A stretch of DNA of 64,000 nt. Source: a bacterium (GTDB lineage Bacteria > Zhuqueibacterota > Zhuqueibacteria > Residuimicrobiales > Krinioviventaceae). A program made the translations under genes and the position numbers. Shown in pieces: positions 16,603 through 24,807 of this stretch (position 1 is its first letter; each line of letters opens with the position of its first letter). The stretch spans positions 3,744,001-3,808,000 of the forward strand of contig OY843751.1 of the NCBI GenBank assembly GCA_963693055.1. Reading direction: 5' to 3'. The notes below the pieces were generated by a model, which was not told the DNA's origin, did no database searches, and saw nothing but the letters and a program-made list of their open reading frames with translations.

Positions 16603-19600
16603 TTATTCAGTACTGTCTTTGACGAGACGTATAGAGCGCCCGTGTTTTAGATACAAGCCGTAACGAGTTATCATATCACTATCATAGATCAGGTACCGCA
16701 TCTTAGCGGTACTATTACCGGACTGTGTAGCAGTCCAAAATGCGGCATAGCTGCCCAAACTGGAAAAATCAATCCCAGTATTGGGGTAACGGTAACCGCC
16801 AGGACGAGCTGAAAACCCGCTTTCATTGGTAGCACCCGTATTGGGATTTTGCCATAAACCATTCCTTGATTCGACAGTTCCCATTTCTTTTAGCTTCCCA
16901 CCTTCATCTGTGCCGCGGTATTGACTATCATCTATTTCCACATCGTTCATGCTCATACCTAAAAACATTTCCATTTCTTTCCATTCTTCATCACTTGGTA
17001 CATGCCATCCTTCGGGTGCAATATTGCGCTCATCATCAACAGCATACCAGTTGTACAGGGCACCATAAATAGCAGCATTTTTTTTATCATTATCATAATA
17101 ACAAAAAGCACCAGATAAGACATCCCACTCGGCTGCATCGGTAGCATTCGGAATTAGATCTCCATTACGATAATGGGTCACCCTTAAATTCTCTGCCATC
17201 CACCATTGATTACCAATTTTAACAGTCCTGTAAACATTACCATCATTATCTGTCATAGTACCGATTTCAAGGGAGTTATTTTGCACGCTTATTATTGTTT
17301 CAGCAGTTTGATTTTTGTAACTGGCTGTAATTGTTACTACACCTGTATTGGAATTTGAGGATGTAAACAATCCGTTATTATCAATTGTACCTGCGCTACC
17401 AGAGGTAATACTCCATGTCGTTTCATTACTTATATCTACTGAACCCCCATCAGTTAAGTTGGTGGTACAATTAAGCTGCAAGGTTTCGCCATTGTAAACA
17501 ATGCTGTAGGGTTGTGTGATATTGATACTTTCTAACTCACTTGAGGTTTCTTCACCACGGACAAGACGTATTGAGAACCCGCCTATTCTAGGACCATAAT
17601 TTCGGGATACTCGATTCTCCATAAAATGCAAAATCCGGATCCAATAAGAGTTTTCACTGATAGCCGTAGAAGACCAATAAAACGCATACATACCCATGCC
17701 ACTATTACGCCAACCACCAGCCCGGGCGGAAAATCCACTCTCGTTCGTAGCACTATTTGTAAAACCAGGGTTGGGTTTTTTCCAGTGAGCATTGCCGATT
17801 TCTTTCAGTTTATCACCTTCATCTGTGCCCCGAAATTTGCCCAAAAAATCACCTTCTGAATCCGCTTCTTCCTGGCTCATACCTAAATACATCTCTAACT
17901 CTTTCCATTCATCATCTGTCGGTACATGCCACCCTTCCGGTGCAATATTACGTGCATCCGTAGCAGCATACCCGTTATAAAATGCGCCATAGTCATCAGC
18001 ATATTTATTATTGTTGTTATAATAACATAATGCTCCAGTCACAAGTTCGCCCCATTCTGTATCATCCGTAACGTTTGGTATTGGATCACCATTTCGATAA
18101 TGTGTTACTCGCAGATCTTCCATCATCCACCATTGTTCACCGATCCTGATGGTCTTGTAAACATTACCGTCAATATCCGTTACTGTTCCGGTTTCAAAAA
18201 TCGCATCATCATATTCAATCTCAAAGCATTCATCACTCTCATCTGACATGCTGGATTGTGTTCCAATTACATTGATTGTAAACTGGTTGGATGGTGAAAG
18301 CGTACTGGGAATATTCCAGGAAAATTCACCATCATTTTCTGTTTCAGCTATCCGTATAGAAAAAACTCCTTTTTGATACAAATCCAGATAAACCATCTTA
18401 TCATACTCATTAGGATCCCAATGGATACTTGTGGTATTTCCGGCAAGAAAGCTTTCACCGCCATTGGGATAAGTCATTGTAATATCAGGATCCATTTCAT
18501 CACTATCACTGACCAAACGGATATAAAAGCCATTTCCTTTGTTGTAGGAATCACGGGAAATTGAGCTATGATCATAGCCTAAACTTCGGGCCCATGCTTC
18601 ATCTTTACCATTTTGAGAAGATGTCCAAAAACATGTATTTGTATTTTTTGTTTGAAATTCTCCAGTAAGGTAGTTACAGAAACCACCGGGCAATGCTCTG
18701 AACCCACTCTCATTGGTAGCGCCTGTATTGGGGCTGTTCCAATGATCGGTACCCGATTCTTTCAACATACCGCCTTCAACCGTGCCCCGCGGGCCGACAT
18801 TATCCAAATCACTCATACCCAGATATGACTCTAACTGTTTCCATTCATCATCAGTGGGAGCATGCCAGCCTTCAGGGAAAATATCATATTCAAAAGCAGT
18901 TTCAATCATATTCCAGTTATACATTGCACCGTAAATATCTAGATTGTTTTCGTCATCATCATAATAACAGCAAGCAGCTTCAGACAGCCCAACCCAGGGA
19001 TCATCATTATCCGTATATAACCATGAAAATCCATATACATTATGGGTTGTTTTCAGGTTTTCGGCCATCCACCATTGATTACCGATCTTGATAATTTTAT
19101 AGGTTTTTCCCTCAAGATCCGTCATAGTCCCGGTTTCATATTTGCTATCAACTGTTATGGTGGTTTCTGCAGTTAAACCATCAAATAACACTTTAATTTT
19201 CACACTACCTGTAGCCAGGTCATCAGCTGTAAAAAGTCCATCAGTGTCAATAATACCGCAATTACCATAAATTATATTCCAGGATACATATTTACTGATG
19301 TCAATTGCACTGCCATCACTATATTGAGCAGTACATGTTAATTGTAAAGATTCACTATTATTAACAGTTATATCCTGAGGTGTGATTTTAATTGCATCTA
19401 ACCTTGTAAAATTTGTATCACCTTTTGCACAGCGAAACCCCCGATTTTTATATCCTAACCACGCCTTATCACGGTTACGATTTGCAGGTCTGGCTTTGGA
19501 CATGGCCTCATCCCATGCTCCACCTCGCAGTATCCGGCCTGTTTTGTTTACATCAGATGGACCATATGGATTTTCACACGGTCCGGTACTGTAATAATCA

Positions 19601-20520
19601 CGATCATACCTGTCCGCACACCACTCCCAAACGTTACCGCTCATATCATAAATACCCAATTCATTTGCCTGTTTCTGGCCTACAGGTTGAGAACTATTAC
19701 CAGAATTCTGAGCAAACCAACCCACAACATCCATTTCATTGCCACCGCTGTAAGTATAACCCTGACTCTGGTTACCACCGCGGGCCGCGTATTCCCACTC
19801 GGCTTCAGTAGGCAGACGTTTGTTCAAGTATTCCGCGAATGTTTTGGCACCGTTCCAGGTGACATAAATTACAGGATTATTTCCTTTACCATCCTCAACC
19901 ACAAACTGACCATTCTGAAAAGCGATCTGACAGTCTTCCGCACCAAGATTAAAAAGTGTAAGCGTATCCTTTTTCACTCTGGTATTATCCAAGACTATTA
20001 ATCCATCCGATAATGCGTAATTTAAAAAATCGGCATAATCGAAATTGGTAACTTCATATTTATCCATATAGAAATCATCCAGGGTAACCGTATGTACCGG
20101 TTTTTCATCATCTTGACCATTTGTGCTGCCCATATTAAAGGTACCGCCTTTAACAAAAACCATCTCGGGTCCGTTGTAATCACTGGCAGTAACACGAATT
20201 TGAAAGCCATCTCCGCTAACACCGGGATTATCAGCAAGAAAATCCCAGACAATGTGCTTGTTCGTACCGGACAAAACACTGTCCCCCACATCACCGGTAA
20301 CATGATCACAAGGCAACTCCCAGGTTGCACCATTATCATCAGATGCTTTCAAAGATATAATCAGTGTATCCCCGTCTGCATCTGTGACATCATAATATAT
20401 GTCTGCTGTGAGTGAACCGTCCGTACGTTGTTCCAAGCGTACATTTTCAACAACCGGGTCCGCCGCAAACAACAGCCCCATAATCATGATCATAATCAGT
20501 ATTACCAGATTCGTTTTCAT
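16603..20520 (-). CDS. Secreted mosaic protein: Ig-like N-domain, FGE/SUMF1-like, Big_2, 3x FISUMP (Fib_succ_major) with Ig-like spacers
   Basis: Signal peptide; RLPTEAEWEYAARGG, YDMSGNVWEWC, RGGAW; three copies of IG.QWWM.E.L / GWH.P.D.EW / NESGF.A..GG / RLV. Confidence 0.88.
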   Translation of the reverse strand: MKTNLVILIMIMIMGLLFAADPVVENVRLEQRTDGSLTADIYYDVTDADGDTLIISLKASDDNGATWELPCDHVTGDVGDSVLSGTNKHIVWDFLADNPGVSGDGFQIRVTASDYNGPEMVFVKGGTFNMGSTNGQDDEKPVHTVTLDDFYMDKYEVTNFDYADFLNYALSDGLIVLDNTRVKKDTLTLFNLGAEDCQIAFQNGQFVVEDGKGNNPVIYVTWNGAKTFAEYLNKRLPTEAEWEYAARGGNQSQGYTYSGGNEMDVVGWFAQNSGNSSQPVGQKQANELGIYDMSGNVWEWCADRYDRDYYSTGPCENPYGPSDVNKTGRILRGGAWDEAMSKARPANRNRDKAWLGYKNRGFRCAKGDTNFTRLDAIKITPQDITVNNSESLQLTCTAQYSDGSAIDISKYVSWNIIYGNCGIIDTDGLFTADDLATGSVKIKVLFDGLTAETTITVDSKYETGTMTDLEGKTYKIIKIGNQWWMAENLKTTHNVYGFSWLYTDNDDPWVGLSEAACCYYDDDENNLDIYGAMYNWNMIETAFEYDIFPEGWHAPTDDEWKQLESYLGMSDLDNVGPRGTVEGGMLKESGTDHWNSPNTGATNESGFRALPGGFCNYLTGEFQTKNTNTCFWTSSQNGKDEAWARSLGYDHSSISRDSYNKGNGFYIRLVSDSDEMDPDITMTYPNGGESFLAGNTTSIHWDPNEYDKMVYLDLYQKGVFSIRIAETENDGEFSWNIPSTLSPSNQFTINVIGTQSSMSDESDECFEIEYDDAIFETGTVTDIDGNVYKTIRIGEQWWMMEDLRVTHYRNGDPIPNVTDDTEWGELVTGALCYYNNNNKYADDYGAFYNGYAATDARNIAPEGWHVPTDDEWKELEMYLGMSQEEADSEGDFLGKFRGTDEGDKLKEIGNAHWKKPNPGFTNSATNESGFSARAGGWRNSGMGMYAFYWSSTAISENSYWIRILHFMENRVSRNYGPRIGGFSIRLVRGEETSSELESINITQPYSIVYNGETLQLNCTTNLTDGGSVDISNETTWSITSGSAGTIDNNGLFTSSNSNTGVVTITASYKNQTAETIISVQNNSLEIGTMTDNDGNVYRTVKIGNQWWMAENLRVTHYRNGDLIPNATDAAEWDVLSGAFCYYDNDKKNAAIYGALYNWYAVDDERNIAPEGWHVPSDEEWKEMEMFLGMSMNDVEIDDSQYRGTDEGGKLKEMGTVESRNGLWQNPNTGATNESGFSARPGGYRYPNTGIDFSSLGSYAAFWTATQSGNSTAKMRYLIYDSDMITRYGLYLKHGRSIRLVKDSTE

Positions 20521-20522
20521 TT

Positions 20523-20700
20523 TTGCCTTTGTATTTATTTATAAAGTTACTATCAGTATTCGTCCCTGTATCTGTTAACCGTTTAACAAATACATCACCT
20601 TTATATAAATCAATATATAAATCCAGACATGTGATGGATTATTTCCCAGTCCCAAACATTCAAGGATCAATCCTCATCCGGAAAGGTAACAGTCTGTGGT
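20523..20700 (-). pseudogene. Decayed Ig-like spacer domain overlapping and following the stop of the 1313-aa gene
   Basis: VTFPDED*SLNVWD and, in a shifted frame, YIDLYKGDVFVKRLTDTGTNTDSNF match VYFPNGGETLEVWD...YVDLYKGNALVERLKDTGTSNDGDF of the 963-aa paralog. Confidence 0.75.
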
Positions 20701-23700
20701 GCATTCAGTTCACTATTATCACGAATCAAACGTATGGAATATCCGTGTTCACTGATGTAACAGTTCCAATCGATGATCTTTTCATCATAGATCAATTGTC
20801 GCTGTATAAAACCATTGTGATATTTTCCATCATTCGGTTGGTCAACCCAAAAGTATGCAGAGTTGTACAAATCTTCAAACTCGCCACTATGGATTTCACG
20901 CTGACCACCCGGCCGGGCTGAAAATCCATATTCGTTTGTGGCGCCGGTATTGGGTTCTCTCCAGAAACCGGTTCCCGCCTGGATGGTACCCCTTTCCTTG
21001 AGCATGGCGCCTTCATCAGTATCAGATCTGCTGTAACTTTCAACTTTTTCCTGGCTCATGCCCAGGTACAGTTCCAGCTCTTTCCACTCATCATCAGTGG
21101 GAACATGCCAACCTTCTGGTGCAATAGAGGGCAAATGATCTATAACATATCCATTATACAAGGCACCAAACACCGATGCATTACTAGAGTCATTGTCATA
21201 ATAACAGTATGCGCCAGTATCCTTATTTTTCCAAACAGAATTTTGTGTAACATGCTGTATGGGAGTGCCATCACGATAGTGGGTCACTTTAAGATTTTCC
21301 GCCATCCACCATTGATTGCCGATTTTAACAGTTTTATATACATTACCGTCAATATCTGTCATGGTACCGGTTTCAAAATCAAGCCCATCATTAACAATTG
21401 AAAAATAATCATCACTAATATCATACAATCCGGTTACCACACCGGTAATTTTAATACGATAATCCGTGCCTGAAATCAGATTTGGCGAAATTCTCCAGGT
21501 ATATTCACTATCATGGGTTGTATCCATATCTACGATCCGTTCAACAAGCTCGTCGCCTTTATATAAATCAATATATACCCGTTCATCTATGGGATTATTG
21601 TTCCATTTGATAAAATATTCCACCCCAGCTTTCAAGTATTCACCTCCATTGGGGAATGTAATAATAGGCGGTATATTGGTTTTGTCATTGTCCCGGATGA
21701 GACGGATTGAACATCCAGATTGTTTACTCGAAGAATCACGGTATATTGTTTCACTATAATAGCTCAATCTCCGATGCAAGACAGAGGATTTGTTCACTTC
21801 CGGAGCAGACCAATAGTAGGAACGAACACCCATTTCATGGAAATCACCATCAAAGAAAGAACGACAACCACCAGACCGTGCGGTAAATCCGCTCTCATTT
21901 GTAGCGCCAGTGTTGGGACTTTTCCAGTGTTCAAAACCGATTTCTTTTAGTTTACCACCTTCATTTGTACCCCTATATCCATATTCTGAATCCGCTTCTT
22001 CCTGGCTCATTCCCAGATACAACTCTAATTGTTTCCACTCATCATCAGTGGGTACATGCCACCCTTCGGGTGCAATATTACGAACAGCATCAGCAGCATA
22101 CCCGTTATACATTGCGCCATAGTCATCAGCATAATTGCTGTCGTTGTTATAATAACAGAATGCTCCGGTTTCAAGTTCGCTCCATTCGGTACCATCAGTT
22201 ACGTTTGGTATTGGGTCACCATTTCGATAATGTGTTACTCGCAGATCTTCCATCATCCACCATTGCTCACCGATCTTGATGGTCTTGTAAACATTACCGT
22301 CAATATCTGTTACCGTTCCCATCTCAAAACTCGCTTCATCAAATTGAATTTCAAAGGATTTATCGCTTATATCTGACATGCTGGATTGAGTACCCGTTAT
22401 CTTGATTGTATAATTGGATGTTGTAAGCGTATTGGGAATTTCCCAGGAAAATTCACCATCATTTTCCGTTTCAGCTATCCGTATTAAAGCAATGCCATTT
22501 TGACACAAATCCAGAGTGACCATCTCATCATAAGGGCCAGCATCCCATCGGATACTGATTGTATGTCCTGCAATTATGCTTTCACCACCATTTGGAAAAG
22601 TCAATGTGAAATCAGCGTCCTTTACATCACTATCACGGACCAGACGGACATAAAAACCATATCCTTTGTTGTAAGAATCGCGGGAAATTGTGCTATGATC
22701 ATAGCCTAAACTACGGGCCCATGCATTATCGGCATCATTTTGTGAAGACGTCCAAAAACAAGTATTTGTATTTATTGTTTGGAATTCCCCTGTAGTATAG
22801 TGACGGAAACCACCCGGTAATGCGCCAAAGCCACTCTCATTAGTAGCGCCGGTATTGGGGCTGTTCCAATGATTTGTACCCGTTTCTTTCAACATGCCGC
22901 CTTCAACCGTGCCCCGCTGGCCGACATTATCCAAATCACTCACACCCAGATATGACTCTAACTGTTTCCATTCATCATCAGTGGGAACATGCCACCCTTC
23001 AGGGGCAATGTTTTGTTCATAAACAAGCGCATACCATCTATACATAGCACCGTAAATATCTAAATTATTTTCGTCATTATCGTAATTAAAATTGTAAATT
23101 TCATCTCCATTACTGTAATGAGTCACTTTGAGATTTTCAGCCATCCACCACTGACTTCCGATCTTTACAATTTTATAGGTATTTCGGTCTATATCACTCA
23201 TATAACCAGTTTCATGCCCAAAATCAACCGTTACTGTGGTTTCAACAGTTAAACCATCAAATAATGCCTGTATTTTTACGTTACCCCCCTTATCATCACT
23301 TGCTGTGAAAAGCCCTTTACTATCAATACTGCCGCTTGTACCGGACAAAAGTTCCCAGGTTGCATACATACTTATATCAACTTTACTTCCATCACTATAC
23401 CAGGCAGTACAATTCAACGGCAGGAATTCACCTTTTTTTATTGTTTTATCCTGAGGTGAAATATTGATAGAGTCCAATTTTGTAAATGCTGTATCACCCT
23501 TAACACACCGGAATCCGCGATTATTGTATCCGGTCCATGCATGATCACGGTTGCGGTTAGCCGTTTTTGCCTTGGCTTGAACATCGTCCCATGCGCCGCC
23601 GCGCAATACACGGGCTGTTTTGTTTTCATCATATGGGCCATATGGATTACTACCCGGTCCGGTATAGTAATAATCACGATCATACCTGTCCGCGCACCAT

Positions 23701-24608
23701 TCCCACACATTACCGCTCATATCATAAAGCCCCAGTTCATTCGCCTTTTTCATGCCAACAGCCTGTGTGCTGTCTGCATTGGTATTAAACCAGCCCACAG
23801 CATCCATATCATTGCCGCCGCTATAGGTATAACCCTGACTCTCGCTGCCGCCTCGGGCCGCGTATTCCCATTCTGCTTCGGTAGGCAGACGTTTGTTAAA
23901 ATACTTGGCATAAGCATCGGCACCAAACCAGGTAACATTTGTAACCGGATGTTCTTCTTTATTGTCTGTAACCGCAAATACACCATTACTGTACGTAATC
24001 TTGCAATCCTCATCAGAAAGATCAAGCAGTGTTGTAGTATCCTGTTTGACAACATCCTCAGTGACTGTAATCGATCCATTAGCAAGAACAGCATTTAAAA
24101 AATCTGTATATTGCCCTTTGGTTACTTCATAAAGATCCATGTAAAAATCATTCAATGTAACCGAATGCACAGGCTGTTCGTCATCTTCTCCGTCAGTACT
24201 CCCCATATCAAAGGTGCCGCCTTTAACAAAAACCATCGCGGGTTCTTTAAAATCAATGGCAATGATTCTCACCTGGTACCCCTCACCACTTATACCGGGA
24301 TTATCAGCAAGAAAATCCCATACAATGTGTTTGCCTGTACCTGTCAGCACACTGTCTCCTATATCACCACTCACATGGTTTACCGGCAGCTCCCAGGTTG
24401 CACCATCATCATCTGATGCTTGTAAGGTGATGGTCAGTGTGTCTCCGTCTGCATCTGTAACATCATAATAGATGTCCGCATAGAGCGAACCGTCCGTGCG
24501 TTGTTCCAAGCGTACATTTTCAACCACCGGATCTGCCGCGTGCAGCAGCCCTATAATTAAAGACACAAACAAAATCACCAAATTCTTTTTCATTTCTACC
24601 TTTTTCAT
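20667..24608 (-). CDS. Secreted mosaic protein: Ig-like N-domain, FGE/SUMF1-like, Big_2, 3x FISUMP with FPNGGE Ig spacers
   Basis: Same motifs as 16603..20520, with long near-identical nucleotide stretches. Start may be the second Met (MKKNLV). Confidence 0.88.
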   Translation of the reverse strand: MKKVEMKKNLVILFVSLIIGLLHAADPVVENVRLEQRTDGSLYADIYYDVTDADGDTLTITLQASDDDGATWELPVNHVSGDIGDSVLTGTGKHIVWDFLADNPGISGEGYQVRIIAIDFKEPAMVFVKGGTFDMGSTDGEDDEQPVHSVTLNDFYMDLYEVTKGQYTDFLNAVLANGSITVTEDVVKQDTTTLLDLSDEDCKITYSNGVFAVTDNKEEHPVTNVTWFGADAYAKYFNKRLPTEAEWEYAARGGSESQGYTYSGGNDMDAVGWFNTNADSTQAVGMKKANELGLYDMSGNVWEWCADRYDRDYYYTGPGSNPYGPYDENKTARVLRGGAWDDVQAKAKTANRNRDHAWTGYNNRGFRCVKGDTAFTKLDSINISPQDKTIKKGEFLPLNCTAWYSDGSKVDISMYATWELLSGTSGSIDSKGLFTASDDKGGNVKIQALFDGLTVETTVTVDFGHETGYMSDIDRNTYKIVKIGSQWWMAENLKVTHYSNGDEIYNFNYDNDENNLDIYGAMYRWYALVYEQNIAPEGWHVPTDDEWKQLESYLGVSDLDNVGQRGTVEGGMLKETGTNHWNSPNTGATNESGFGALPGGFRHYTTGEFQTINTNTCFWTSSQNDADNAWARSLGYDHSTISRDSYNKGYGFYVRLVRDSDVKDADFTLTFPNGGESIIAGHTISIRWDAGPYDEMVTLDLCQNGIALIRIAETENDGEFSWEIPNTLTTSNYTIKITGTQSSMSDISDKSFEIQFDEASFEMGTVTDIDGNVYKTIKIGEQWWMMEDLRVTHYRNGDPIPNVTDGTEWSELETGAFCYYNNDSNYADDYGAMYNGYAADAVRNIAPEGWHVPTDDEWKQLELYLGMSQEEADSEYGYRGTNEGGKLKEIGFEHWKSPNTGATNESGFTARSGGCRSFFDGDFHEMGVRSYYWSAPEVNKSSVLHRRLSYYSETIYRDSSSKQSGCSIRLIRDNDKTNIPPIITFPNGGEYLKAGVEYFIKWNNNPIDERVYIDLYKGDELVERIVDMDTTHDSEYTWRISPNLISGTDYRIKITGVVTGLYDISDDYFSIVNDGLDFETGTMTDIDGNVYKTVKIGNQWWMAENLKVTHYRDGTPIQHVTQNSVWKNKDTGAYCYYDNDSSNASVFGALYNGYVIDHLPSIAPEGWHVPTDDEWKELELYLGMSQEKVESYSRSDTDEGAMLKERGTIQAGTGFWREPNTGATNEYGFSARPGGQREIHSGEFEDLYNSAYFWVDQPNDGKYHNGFIQRQLIYDEKIIDWNCYISEHGYSIRLIRDNSELNAPQTVTFPDED

Positions 24609-24740
24609 TCAGATCAATTACCGTCCATTGGTTTTGACAGGATCAATTTTCTCAATCACATAATCACAAGATTCAAACCGGTACATGTACATACCGCTGA
24701 TTACCAATTAACTTTATGTTACGCGTGTCCCTCTTAATTA

Positions 24741-24771
24741 TATAGGGACCGGCCAGAGACCAGTCCCTATA
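24741..24771. repeat. REP-like palindrome between paralogs
   Basis: TATAGGGACCGG-CCAGAGA-CCAGTCCCTATA, resembling GTAGGGAC...GTCCCTAC-type REP hairpins. Confidence 0.5.
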
Positions 24772-24807
24772 AATTCAATTAATTACGATATTGCTCAAAT
24801 ATTTTTA

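Noticed and set aside
19400-20170. FGE-like domains as sulfatase-maturing formylglycine-generating enzymes
   Set aside because: All five copies read RGG(A/N)W without the catalytic Cys pair that follows RGGS in true FGE, and they sit in exported modular proteins.
20667-20669. TGA as selenocysteine, given selB
   Set aside because: The aligned position is Glu, not Cys, and the downstream sequence is frameshifted and decayed.
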